IMG/VR virus record: IMGVR_UViG_3300038829_000269
Coordinates: 522-64,521 of that record
From: a virus
Length of the DNA stretch: 64,000 nt
Reading direction: 5' to 3' (one strand)
The notes under the pieces were generated by a model. That model searched no databases and was not told the DNA's origin. It was given only the letters and a program-made list of their open reading frames with translations. A program made the translations under genes and the position numbers. Positions 1-8,965 of the stretch are shown here, in pieces. How positions within the stretch are numbered: the first letter of the stretch is position 1; every line of letters begins with the position of its first letter.

Positions 1-1
1 G

Positions 2-1396
2 ATCCAGACGCTTGGCGTCCTGTTCACCCACCGGATCGCGGCGGGCGGTCACCTGCCAACGATGATCCTGGCCCCGACCTCGGTGGTCGGAGACTGGCAC
101 GCCAAGTTCCGGCGCTTCGCCAAGATGGAGATCGCGGTCGCGGACGGGACGCCGGGCCGCCGCCTGAAGGTCTACGAGAGCAAGCCCGAGTTCCTGTGCC
201 TGAGCTACGACACGTTCATCAAGGACAACGTGAAGATCGTGCAGAACTTCCATCCCAAGGCGTTCATCCCGGACGAGGCTCAGCGGTTCACCAACCGCAA
301 GTCGAAGGCCGCCGAGAAGATCATCGAGTTCTGCGACATCGTGCAGCCGCGCTTCCGCATCCCGATCAGCGGAAGCCCCGTGTCAAACAGACCCGACGAT
401 CTCTGGCCCTTGTTGCGCGTGATCAACAAAGACCTGGCGGGCACGGCCAAGGCGTTCGAGGGGCGCTACCTCAAGCAAGAGACGAATTGGGCCATGATCA
501 AGATGATGGAGAAGAGGAACCCCGGCAAAAAGATTCCTTACAAGCCGATGATCCTGAAGTCTCTTGATCCGCGCAAGCCGGATGAGGCGCGCCTGCTCGG
601 CGAACTCAGGATGAAGATCGCGCCCTATGTTCTGCGACGCCTGAAGAAGGACGTGCTCAAGGACCTGCCGAAGAAGTTCCACGAGCGGCTGGAGATCGAG
701 TTGAGCGCCGAGGAGCGCCGCGCCTACGAGGAGCTTCAGGCTCAGTTCGCTGAGGCGATGGCCGGGGTGCTGGAGGACGACCAGGACACGGCGGCCTCCA
801 ACTTCCTCCAGTGGTTCACGCGCGCGCAGCAGATTTGCTCCAGCCTGGAGATCGTCGGGCTCGGCGATAAGTCGTCGAAGATGGATGAGTTGAAGCACTT
901 CGTTAAGGACTACGCCGACGACGAGAAGATCATCATCTTCAGCCGGTTCACTGAGATGACGAAGATCGTGTGCCGGGAGTTGAAGGCCTATCACCCTCTG
1001 CACTTGCACGGCGGCATCCCTCAGAATAAGCGCCAACCGCTGATCGACGCCTTTCAGGAAAAGGATGAGCATCGTCTTTTCGTCTCCACGCTCAAGGCGG
1101 GCGGCGTCGGCCTGACTCTGACGGCCGCGACGATCGTCGCACGCCTAGACCGCTGGGTGTCGCCCACGGCCAACGATCAGGCCGAGGACCGCGCTCACCG
1201 CATTGGGCAGCGCAATGACGTGACGGTCGTCGACTTCGTGGTCAAGGACTCGATCGAGGAGCGCATCCTGGAGATGTTGGACAAGAAGCTGAGGATGATC
1301 GCGAGCCTGATCGCGGCGGACGACGACGAAGAGGCGCAGGAGCGCAAGATCGTGCGCTCTCTCCTCCGCAAGCAGGAGATGATGAAACTGATATGA
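2..1396 (+). CDS. SNF2-family (SF2) helicase/ATPase, 5' end outside window
   Basis: Frame is open from base 2 (IQTL..., just after where Walker A would lie). Motifs LAPTSVVGDW (Ia), DEAQ (II), SGSPVSN.PDDLW (III), LRRLKKDVL..LPKK, KIIIFSRF, GGVGLTLTAA, QAEDRAHRIGQ (VI). Confidence 0.93.
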   Translation: MQTLGVLFTHRIAAGGHLPTMILAPTSVVGDWHAKFRRFAKMEIAVADGTPGRRLKVYESKPEFLCLSYDTFIKDNVKIVQNFHPKAFIPDEAQRFTNRKSKAAEKIIEFCDIVQPRFRIPISGSPVSNRPDDLWPLLRVINKDLAGTAKAFEGRYLKQETNWAMIKMMEKRNPGKKIPYKPMILKSLDPRKPDEARLLGELRMKIAPYVLRRLKKDVLKDLPKKFHERLEIELSAEERRAYEELQAQFAEAMAGVLEDDQDTAASNFLQWFTRAQQICSSLEIVGLGDKSSKMDELKHFVKDYADDEKIIIFSRFTEMTKIVCRELKAYHPLHLHGGIPQNKRQPLIDAFQEKDEHRLFVSTLKAGGVGLTLTAATIVARLDRWVSPTANDQAEDRAHRIGQRNDVTVVDFVVKDSIEERILEMLDKKLRMIASLIAADDDEEAQERKIVRSLLRKQEMMKLI

Positions 1397-2031
1397 AGAC
1401 CAAGCTCAGAGCGGTGCCCGACTACCTGACGAATAGCACGGACGAGATCGTGAAGCGGATGCGCTTCACGCTCAAGGACGAGGGGTCTGTGGGCCCCGCG
1501 CTCTTCTACCTGGACCCGTGCGGCCACCAGTTCAGCCTGCCGCTGGACTATGACGACATGGTGCGGATCGGCCGCGAGATGTCGGCCATGACCAAGGCCG
1601 CGTTCTACATGGCTCAGATGGGCGCCCAGTTCGGCTTCTACGCGATGCAGGTCGCGCAGCGGGCCTCCGACCCCAGGCTCGTGGCCGAGGATCGCGAGTT
1701 CTTCCTCGCGACGATGAACCACATGCTCTGGCACTCGGCGCCCGCCGCGTTCTTCGTCGCGATCCCGACCGTGATCGTGGTGGGCGCCGCGACCCCCGCG
1801 TCGATCGCCGAGATCGCGGCGGCCGGACCCAATCACCCAGACGCGAAGAACGCGCTGGTCGTCGTCGGCCGGAACATGGTCAGGGGCTACGCGGTGGTCA
1901 CCCCGTTCGAGATGGACGCGGACAAGGGGCTCGTGACCTACGACAAGCCCTATACCATCGACTCGTCGCGCGGCGAGCACATCGGCTGCCTCGGGCCGTT
2001 CTCCTCTATCTATGACCCCTCCCAGAACTGA
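1393..2031 (+). CDS. hypothetical protein
   Basis: 212 aa ORF, 4-nt overlap with helicase stop, coding-like GC3 bias; no recognised motif. Confidence 0.7.
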   Translation: MKTKLRAVPDYLTNSTDEIVKRMRFTLKDEGSVGPALFYLDPCGHQFSLPLDYDDMVRIGREMSAMTKAAFYMAQMGAQFGFYAMQVAQRASDPRLVAEDREFFLATMNHMLWHSAPAAFFVAIPTVIVVGAATPASIAEIAAAGPNHPDAKNALVVVGRNMVRGYAVVTPFEMDADKGLVTYDKPYTIDSSRGEHIGCLGPFSSIYDPSQN

Positions 2032-2464
2032 GAACCGCCCCATCATCCCGATCGAGGAGGCCGCCAAGTTCGGCGCCCAGGCCCCGGCGTTCGCCCTGGT
2101 CCTTGGCCTGGGCCGCGAATATCACCTCCCGGCCTCGGCCCACAGCAGCAACGTGCGCTCAGCGCGCCGCGACCCGCAGTCGTTCCTGGTCGACGGCGTC
2201 GTGTTCAAGAACCCGGTCACGTTCGGCGACCGCCTGGTGCTGGTCCAGGCGACGGCCCCTCTCATCGGCTTCTACAACGCGGAGCCCGGCGTGTTCTGCG
2301 GCGCCTACGGCACCCCGGTCCTGGACCAGGCGTGGGACGTGCAGGTCGCAGCCACGTTCCGCCCATACATCTCGTCGGCCCCGGCCGTCGTCTACGAGTC
2401 GATCACCCTGACCGTGATCGGCGAGCACCAGCCCAAGCCCAAGACCGCTTTTTCTAACCCCTAA
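2012..2464 (+). CDS. hypothetical protein
   Basis: 150 aa ORF in the operon, normal composition. Confidence 0.65.
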   Translation: MTPPRTENRPIIPIEEAAKFGAQAPAFALVLGLGREYHLPASAHSSNVRSARRDPQSFLVDGVVFKNPVTFGDRLVLVQATAPLIGFYNAEPGVFCGAYGTPVLDQAWDVQVAATFRPYISSAPAVVYESITLTVIGEHQPKPKTAFSNP

Positions 2465-2485
2465 TACCCGGAGAACCCCCTCATC

Positions 2486-4573
2486 ATGGCGATCAAAGAA
2501 TTTTTCGCGCCCGGCGGACCGTTGGCCGAGCGCTTCCCGAAATACGAGGCGCGCCCAGAGCAGGTGGCGATGGCCGAGGCCGTGTTCGAGGCCGCGACCA
2601 AGATCAAGCCGCTGGTGGTCGAGGCCGGGACCGGCGTCGGCAAGTCGATGGGCTACCTCGTGCCGATCATCGAGATCATCAAGGACAACCGGACGGTCCG
2701 GGCTGAAATCTACGACCCGGTCAACGACGAGACCAAGGTCGAGGACCGCCCGCGCCGCGTGATCGTGTCCACGCACTCGATCAACCTTCAGAAGCAGCTT
2801 TTCGACAAGGAGCTTCCGCTGCTCAAGTCGATCTACCCGTGGCTCAGCTACTCGATGGCCGTCGGGTCCGAGAACTACCTGTGCGGCGCCCGTCTGAAGA
2901 AGGCGATCGGCGACGTGGGGACTAACCCCCTGATCCAGGGTGAGATCGGCGACCTGGAGAAGCTGGACGCCTGGTCGCGCGAGACAACGACCGGCCTCCG
3001 CATGGACATCGGGACCCAGGTGTCGCACGAGGCGTGGTCGCTGGTCAACCGCCAGGCCGACTTCTGCCGGTGCAAGAAATGGGACCCCGCGACGCCCTGC
3101 TTCTACCGGAAGGCGCGCCTCCAGATGAACGAATCGAACGTGATCATCGTGAACCATCACCTGCTGATGGCCGCGCTCACGATCGAGAACGGCGCGGTGC
3201 TCCCCGGATTTGACTACATAGTCGTGGACGAGTTGCACAGTTTGGAGGAGGTCGCGACCCAGTGCTTCGGCGTCGAGATCAGCAACTATAAGATCGACCG
3301 CCTGATGAAGGACACGCGGCGCGTCGTGCGGAACGCCGGGTCCGAGGTGCACCGCGCCGACGAGATCAACGAGGTGATGGACATCTGCGGCCGGGCCGCC
3401 GACTCGCTCTTCTACGTCATGAAGCAGCAGATCGAACTGGCGAAGAAGGACTCGCTGCGCCTGCGCCAGAAGCTGCCGATCGACCTGACGAACGTCGAGT
3501 TGATCGAGCAGCTTGCGCGCGCGGCCAAGCTGGTGAAGGAGGCGGGCGACGAGATCACCGACCCGCAGAAGGCTCACGAGGTGAAGGCCGTGGCCAAGCG
3601 GACGGCGGAGTGCGCCGACCAGGTCAAGTCCTGGCTCCTCCAGGCGGAAGAGGACCACGTCTACCAGATCATCAGCGAGAAGGGCGGCAAGCGCCTGATC
3701 GCCAAGTCGAGCCCGATCGACATCTCCGAGGAGTTGAACAAGTGCCTCTGGGCGCAGCCGTTCGTCACGATCGGGACGAGCGCCACGGTCTCGACCAGCG
3801 GGAACATGAAGTTCGTGAAGGAGAAGTTGGGCGCGGGCGACGCGCAGGAGATGGTGCTCGCCTCGCCCTTCGACTACGTCAACAACGCGATGATCTACAT
3901 CGCGGCCGACCTGCCCGAGGCGCCGCGCGAGCAGGACCCGAACTACTACAACGCCCTGGTCCAGCGGTGTGCCGACCTGATCTCGATTCCAAACGGCCGG
4001 GCGATGGTCCTGTGCACCAGCAACCAGTCGATGAAGACGCTGGGCCAGCGCCTGCGCGGCCTGCTGCCGCACCTCAAGATCATGATCCAGGGCGAGGAAC
4101 TGGAGCGGCACCAGATGGTCGAGGAACTGAAGAGAAATCCGCGCTCGGTTATTCTTGGAGTTTCTAGTTTTTGGCAGGGGGTCGACGTGTCGGGCGACGC
4201 GCTCCAGATGGTCATTTTGATCAAGCTCCCGTTCCCGAACGTGGGCGACCCGCTGTTCGAGGCGCGCGCCGAGCGCATCGACGCGGTGCGGCCCGGGACC
4301 TTCCGCTCGTTCAACAAGATGAGCATCCCGGAGATGATCATCAAGCTGAAGCAGGGCTTCGGCCGCCTGATCCGCACGTCGACCGACTACGGGTGCGTCG
4401 CGATCCTCGATCCGCGCGTGATCACGAAGAAATACGGGAGCACCGTCCTCGGTTCGCTGCCCCGCACGCACATCAAGTATCAGGTCGACGACGTGAAGCT
4501 GTTCTTCGCGCACCGGACTCCGCCTCCCGAGCAGCCGATGGTCGAGGAGCCGATCGAGGAGGTCCCGTTCTGA
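2486..4573 (+). CDS. DinG/YoaA-family ATP-dependent Fe-S helicase
   Basis: YEARPEQ Q-motif, EAGTGVGKS Walker A, STHSINLQKQL, Fe-S Cys cluster (NYLC...FCRC...PCFY), IVNHHLL, VVDELH, TSAT, SPFDY, SFWQGVDV.GD.L, KLPF, LKQGFGRLIR..TDYG...ILDPR. Confidence 0.95.
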   Translation: MAIKEFFAPGGPLAERFPKYEARPEQVAMAEAVFEAATKIKPLVVEAGTGVGKSMGYLVPIIEIIKDNRTVRAEIYDPVNDETKVEDRPRRVIVSTHSINLQKQLFDKELPLLKSIYPWLSYSMAVGSENYLCGARLKKAIGDVGTNPLIQGEIGDLEKLDAWSRETTTGLRMDIGTQVSHEAWSLVNRQADFCRCKKWDPATPCFYRKARLQMNESNVIIVNHHLLMAALTIENGAVLPGFDYIVVDELHSLEEVATQCFGVEISNYKIDRLMKDTRRVVRNAGSEVHRADEINEVMDICGRAADSLFYVMKQQIELAKKDSLRLRQKLPIDLTNVELIEQLARAAKLVKEAGDEITDPQKAHEVKAVAKRTAECADQVKSWLLQAEEDHVYQIISEKGGKRLIAKSSPIDISEELNKCLWAQPFVTIGTSATVSTSGNMKFVKEKLGAGDAQEMVLASPFDYVNNAMIYIAADLPEAPREQDPNYYNALVQRCADLISIPNGRAMVLCTSNQSMKTLGQRLRGLLPHLKIMIQGEELERHQMVEELKRNPRSVILGVSSFWQGVDVSGDALQMVILIKLPFPNVGDPLFEARAERIDAVRPGTFRSFNKMSIPEMIIKLKQGFGRLIRTSTDYGCVAILDPRVITKKYGSTVLGSLPRTHIKYQVDDVKLFFAHRTPPPEQPMVEEPIEEVPF

Positions 4574-4574
4574 C

Positions 4575-4889
4575 ATGAACACGCAGATCGCCCCGTTCAA
4601 GGTCGGGGAGAAGGTTAAATTCACGTCGGAGAACCGGCGCTACACCGTGCGCGCGTCCGGGCCCAGGTTCGCCGTCCTGAACAAGCCGTTCAACCCGAAG
4701 AAGACCGTGATCTACACGATCGTGGACCTCGAAGAGGGCATCCGTGGGCCTGAGAACCTGGTTTTCGGCATGGGAGCCGAGACCCAGGAGCAGTGCGCCG
4801 AGATGTTGGCGCGCATCGAGTCCGGGAAGACCGAGATTTCTCACCGCAGTCGAGTGAACCTGGAGATCGAGTCCCGGGAAGAAGCGTAG
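4575..4889 (+). CDS. hypothetical phage protein
   Basis: 104 aa, translationally coupled to the DinG-like gene, beta-rich N-terminus. Confidence 0.7.
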   Translation: MNTQIAPFKVGEKVKFTSENRRYTVRASGPRFAVLNKPFNPKKTVIYTIVDLEEGIRGPENLVFGMGAETQEQCAEMLARIESGKTEISHRSRVNLEIESREEA

Positions 4890-5023
4890 TCGATCGTTCG
4901 TAAGGGCCCGTCTGGCCTTGTCGCCCGTCGTCCCGTCGCACCTTGCTGGAAGATTGACGTTATGGACATCTACCCGCCAGGCGCAGGGACCTCGGGATCA
5001 TACACGACAAGGAGAGCACTCAG

Positions 5024-5554
5024 ATGGGGAAGGGCAACAGGCATCGCGGCGGAAGCCGGAGACGGGATGATCGCGGAGAAGAGAAGGAGCAGTTCCATCA
5101 GCAGCCGAAGTCGTTCGGCGGCCGGGGGCAGAGGTTCGGGAGCACGATCGGCGGCGCGCTCGGTCAGTCGGAGCGCCATTCGGATTCGTGCTTCCTCGCG
5201 ATCAAGGAAGTGAGCAACGTGAGAGCCAAGATCAACACGATGGAGCGGGAGATGTCCAAGGACCCGGACTTCGTCGCGTATCTCAAGGCCAAGCGCGAGA
5301 TGATCGAGTTGGAGAAGAAGCTGGGCAAGACCAGCAAGTTCTCCGACTATCAGAAGGCGCGGCGCGAGCTTCGGGGCGCGGTCACGAAGCTGAACGAGGA
5401 GAAGCCCAAGTGCGTGAAGTGCAACTTCACCAGCATCGTGAAGAAGGAAGGCGAGCAGCAGCAGCCCGCGACCGAGGCCCAGGCCCCGGTCGAGACGCCG
5501 TTGCCCACGCCGGTCCCGCACACGGAGGTCCCGGCGCCCGCTCCAAGCGCCTGA
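5024..5554 (+). CDS. hypothetical protein: RG-rich N-tail, coiled-coil hairpin flanked by HxxxC and CxxC, Pro-rich C-tail
   Basis: AAGGAG RBS upstream; 176 aa; HSDSC...CVKC. Confidence 0.75.
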   Translation: MGKGNRHRGGSRRRDDRGEEKEQFHQQPKSFGGRGQRFGSTIGGALGQSERHSDSCFLAIKEVSNVRAKINTMEREMSKDPDFVAYLKAKREMIELEKKLGKTSKFSDYQKARRELRGAVTKLNEEKPKCVKCNFTSIVKKEGEQQQPATEAQAPVETPLPTPVPHTEVPAPAPSA

Positions 5555-5557
5555 GCC

Positions 5558-5866
5558 ATGTGTGATCGCTGCGGATGGCGCGATCTGGTAGCCCAGGTCC
5601 GGGAGGTGGTAAAAGAACGCCACCCGGGCCTGGGCGATGGCCAGCAGCGCTGGATCGAGACGATCGCGATCACGGCGGACGACGACCGGCACTGCACCGA
5701 TCACCAGAAGACGGTGGTCCGGCGCATCCTGAAGGAGAGGAAGATTGACCGCTGGCGGTTGATCCCCAAGGCGACGGACAAGACGAAGTGGAGCGATGCC
5801 AAAAAGCAGCGCCACATCGAGAATAAGAAGATGAGCCGCAGGCTGCGGCGACACGGGAGTTTCTGA
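5558..5866 (+). CDS. small basic hypothetical protein (N-terminal CxxC)
   Basis: 102 aa, MCDRCGW start, TGATG coupling to the next gene. Confidence 0.6.
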   Translation: MCDRCGWRDLVAQVREVVKERHPGLGDGQQRWIETIAITADDDRHCTDHQKTVVRRILKERKIDRWRLIPKATDKTKWSDAKKQRHIENKKMSRRLRRHGSF

Positions 5867-6798
5867 TGAAGAGCGAAGAGAAGGACGGGGCGCTGATCCC
5901 CGGGACGCAGCGTGCGGACGCGGCGGAGCGCGGGATCACCGAGTTGAAGGTCGGCGAGCACGGGTCTGTCGTCGGCTCCAAGCTCACGGGCGGGAACATC
6001 GGCGCACCCCGGGTCAGCGACTTCTACCTGATCGACACGCCGATGGAGCCCGAGGCCTTCGTCAGGCTGCTGAACGACGAGGTGCTGGGCAACTACGACG
6101 TGCAGGATCACCAGGGCGACGCCGAGTTCGGGTTCGTCGTGTTCAAGCACATCCAGGGCCTGCCCAAGCCGGGCACCGCGCTCCCGGCCGGTGACCGGGG
6201 CCCGTCCCCCTTGGCCAAGGTCCGCCCGATGCTCGTGGTGAAGCTCGACGCCGGGCCCTGGCCGTGGTATGACAACGCCTCGACCGCGATCCTGGAGGGC
6301 ATCGTCCGCCGCCTCGGCCGCCGGGCCTGGCGCTGCGGCTGGGCGATCGACAAGCAGTGGTCGTGGGTCGAGCACTGGAAGGTGGATCAGAAGACCCGCC
6401 AGGGCAAGATGACGGAGACGATCGACGGCCCGGCGAACGCCGTGGTCACGTCCGAGGCCCTGGAGCGCTGGGGGATCGACGTGCGCCAGGCGTTCGACGA
6501 CCTGATGCGCGTCGTTCAGTGGGAGGCTCTGCGCCAGTGGCTGATCCTGCCCGAGCCCAGGCCGATCCCGTTCGCCGCCCACGTCTCGTTCACGGCGGGC
6601 AAGCTCCTGATCCAGGACAAGGACGTGGAGTGGATCGAGCCGAAGTGGAAGGAGTTCTTCGGCGACCGTGATCCTATCAAGGGTGGAGCCCTGCACCTCC
6701 AGCGCTACTACGTCCCGGCGCCCGGCGTGGTCAAGCCTCCGATTCCCAAGGACAAGCTCGTCGAGAGCTACAAGCATGAGCCGAAGCTGCTCGACTAG
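5866..6798 (+). CDS. hypothetical protein
   Basis: 310 aa, Trp-rich, coding-like codon bias. Confidence 0.7.
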   Translation: MKSEEKDGALIPGTQRADAAERGITELKVGEHGSVVGSKLTGGNIGAPRVSDFYLIDTPMEPEAFVRLLNDEVLGNYDVQDHQGDAEFGFVVFKHIQGLPKPGTALPAGDRGPSPLAKVRPMLVVKLDAGPWPWYDNASTAILEGIVRRLGRRAWRCGWAIDKQWSWVEHWKVDQKTRQGKMTETIDGPANAVVTSEALERWGIDVRQAFDDLMRVVQWEALRQWLILPEPRPIPFAAHVSFTAGKLLIQDKDVEWIEPKWKEFFGDRDPIKGGALHLQRYYVPAPGVVKPPIPKDKLVESYKHEPKLLD

Positions 6799-6810
6799 GC
6801 CCGCTGGGTC

Positions 6811-6846
6811 TTGACAAATACCGTTAGTCTGTTATAATAACGGTAT
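6811..6846 (+). promoter_or_regulatory. sigma70-type promoter with overlapping palindromic operator, probably leaderless mRNA
   Basis: TTGACA 6811-6816, 16-nt spacer, TGn-TATAAT 6830-6838. Inverted repeat ATACCGTTA (6818-6826) / TAACGGTAT (6838-6846). ATG at 6845 is 7 nt after the -10 box, with no SD. Confidence 0.85.
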
Positions 6847-7267
6847 GAACAAACTCCCCGCCGACCAGAAGGCCTTCGCGGTGTTCTACGCCAACCGGGC
6901 GATGTTCCGCCAGTCGAACCTCGACCTTCGCGCCGACAAGAGCAAGAAGATGACGATGGCGGAGTTCCACGAGCACTACACCTACGTCGGCACCTACAAG
7001 GCGGAGTCGGCGGACGCGGTGTTCTCCCTCCTTCAGGACGGCGGCGGCGGCCTGGGCGCGGACCCGGTGAAGCCCGCGTCCTCGGCCGCCGACTCGAACG
7101 CGGCGCGCATGATGCAGGAGCTTCTGATCCGCAAGGTCGGCCACACCTCCATGTCGACGAGCGACGTGATCGTTGACTTGGCCCAGGGCGAGGTCATGGT
7201 CTGCGCCTCCTTCGGCTGGGACAAGATCGAAGTTCTCGGTCTCAATTCTCTCGCGGCGGTGGCCTAA
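6845..7267 (+). CDS. YodL-like domain protein
   Basis: Y.YVG.Y.....D.VFSLLQ ... GHTSMSTSDVIV ... VCASFGWDKI resembles the YodL (PF14191) pattern GHSxSVSDV...VDxFGF. Confidence 0.65.
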   Translation: MNKLPADQKAFAVFYANRAMFRQSNLDLRADKSKKMTMAEFHEHYTYVGTYKAESADAVFSLLQDGGGGLGADPVKPASSAADSNAARMMQELLIRKVGHTSMSTSDVIVDLAQGEVMVCASFGWDKIEVLGLNSLAAVA

Positions 7268-7268
7268 C

Positions 7269-7448
7269 ATGGACATCGGCACCCTGCTGCTGGACATCGG
7301 CGGCCTGAACAAGGAGCCCGTGGATCGCGGCCTCACGGTCTACGCGCGCGACGGGAAGACCGTCCTGTCGGTCGGCGACCACGGCGTGTTCGCCGCGATC
7401 CACCTGACCGACGATGAGAAGGCCAAGCTCCGGGAGGCCCTGAAGTGA
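7269..7448 (+). CDS. small hypothetical protein (59 aa)
   Basis: ATG 1 nt after the previous stop; GTGA overlap with the next gene. Confidence 0.6.
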   Translation: MDIGTLLLDIGGLNKEPVDRGLTVYARDGKTVLSVGDHGVFAAIHLTDDEKAKLREALK

Positions 7449-7870
7449 TCGACGCCCCGATCCAGACGGCGGACGAGGCCCTGGACTTCATCGCGGTCCA
7501 GCGCGCCATGGGCCTGACCCCGGTGATGAAGGGAACCCGGTTCTACCGCCACTCTTTCGCCGTCAGCCAGTTCGGCTCCTATCTCTATTACCTGGACGCG
7601 CGCGGGACCAAGGGCTGCTGCCAGCCCCGCAACCTGCTGGCGACCTTCGATTTTATCCACCTGGGCCTGCCGGTCCCCGGATCGCTCCCCGACCTGCCGA
7701 TCGTGCGCGAGGCGCCGGAGCGTGGCGTCGGGCTCGCGGTCGGGATCATGGGCGGCGAGCGCCAGCCCAGCCTGCTGGCGGCGGCCGAGGCCGCGCTGCG
7801 CGTGATGACCGAGGGGCCGGAGCGCGACGATCTGGAGATGGCCGTGATGGCCGAGCGGAGGATTCACTGA
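7445..7870 (+). CDS. hypothetical protein
   Basis: 141 aa, coupled at both ends. Confidence 0.6.
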   Translation: MIDAPIQTADEALDFIAVQRAMGLTPVMKGTRFYRHSFAVSQFGSYLYYLDARGTKGCCQPRNLLATFDFIHLGLPVPGSLPDLPIVREAPERGVGLAVGIMGGERQPSLLAAAEAALRVMTEGPERDDLEMAVMAERRIH

Positions 7871-8439
7871 TGGCTTTCAGCAAGGACAAGTTGAACGAGG
7901 AGTTGAAGAAACAGGTTGAGGCGCTGCTCCCCGACATGAAGAAGCTCAACTTCAATGGCGACGGGACCGGCCCCTACTGGGACCAGTTCTACCATTCCAT
8001 GTCCGGCGTCACGGTCAAGGTCACCCCGTTCAAGGAGCCGAAGTCCTGGGGCTCATACGGCGGGTTCAAGCTGCGCGTCGAGCGCAACTACCACCCGGGG
8101 CGCGGGAGCAACACCGTCCTGCTCAAGATCGACAACCTGGCGGCGGTAAAGAAGGCGATCACCGACTCGATCTCCTACCGGCGCGCGGTGAAGAAGTCGG
8201 AGCGCGAGAAGGCCAACTTCAAGGTGACGCTGGAGAAGACGATCCCGAGGCTGTTCCCCGGATACGACCGCTCGGTCTACACCGGCTCGCACGGGGACAT
8301 GCACATCTCTCTGATCAGTCACAATACAAAGCCGTCGGTGAGCATCGACATCTCGCCCTCAGGCCAGATCAGCAAGGTCGAGATCAGTTACCCGAAGGCC
8401 GGGCTCGAAGGCGTGGCCAAGCTGCTGGAGGCCTGGTGA
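7870..8439 (+). CDS. hypothetical protein
   Basis: 189 aa, TGATG coupling, GGAGG RBS. Confidence 0.7.
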   Translation: MAFSKDKLNEELKKQVEALLPDMKKLNFNGDGTGPYWDQFYHSMSGVTVKVTPFKEPKSWGSYGGFKLRVERNYHPGRGSNTVLLKIDNLAAVKKAITDSISYRRAVKKSEREKANFKVTLEKTIPRLFPGYDRSVYTGSHGDMHISLISHNTKPSVSIDISPSGQISKVEISYPKAGLEGVAKLLEAW

Positions 8440-8762
8440 TCTGGTTCATCGGCGCCGCCCTGGTCCCGGTCTCCTTCCTTCTGGGCGCCGCCTGGACTCA
8501 GCCCGACTGGACGATCCGCATCCTGTTCACGGCCATGGCCATGGTCCCGATCTGCCTGTTCCTGGAGCAGCTTCGCTTCGCGTTCCCGATCCGCTGGCGC
8601 CTGAACCCGCGCTGGGACGCCTTCCTCTGCCGCGTGGGTAGCCACCGCTGCATCCCGATCTGCGGCTCCCGCTGTTGCTGGGAGTGCCTGCGTTGCAGCC
8701 CGGAGAGCGCGGCGGTCAAGCGCCACTTTGAGCGCATGGATCGCCTGGGGATCAAGCCATGA
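8436..8762 (+). CDS. membrane protein with two N-terminal TM segments and a Cys/His-rich C-terminus
   Basis: Hydrophobic residues 1-45; C..G.H.C...C...CC.EC.RC. Confidence 0.6.
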   Translation: MIWFIGAALVPVSFLLGAAWTQPDWTIRILFTAMAMVPICLFLEQLRFAFPIRWRLNPRWDAFLCRVGSHRCIPICGSRCCWECLRCSPESAAVKRHFERMDRLGIKP

Positions 8763-8965
8763 AGACCGGCACGCCCTGGGGCAAGACGGTCGGCGCCCGG
8801 CGCCTGCTCGGGGCCGCGACCCCGGAGTTCACAGCCACGCGCAAGGTGACGTGGAAGCGCTCAGAGTTCGGGACCCCGGCCGTCGCCTGCTCGTCCTGCG
8901 GCTGGGCCAAGGGCGTGGGGCACGACCGGTGGTGCAGGTTTGTGACCAAGCGGAGAACCCAATGA
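8759..8965 (+). CDS. small Zn-finger-like hypothetical protein
   Basis: 68 aa, CSSC...H..WC; ATGA overlaps. Confidence 0.5.
   Translation: MKTGTPWGKTVGARRLLGAATPEFTATRKVTWKRSEFGTPAVACSSCGWAKGVGHDRWCRFVTKRRTQ

Noticed and set aside
4900-4930. GGGCCCGTCTGG...TTGTCGCCC similar to a motif at ~57484-57524; faint ZTP-riboswitch-like look
   Set aside because: Short GC-rich match, opposite orientation relative to the genes, and the rest of the riboswitch consensus is missing.
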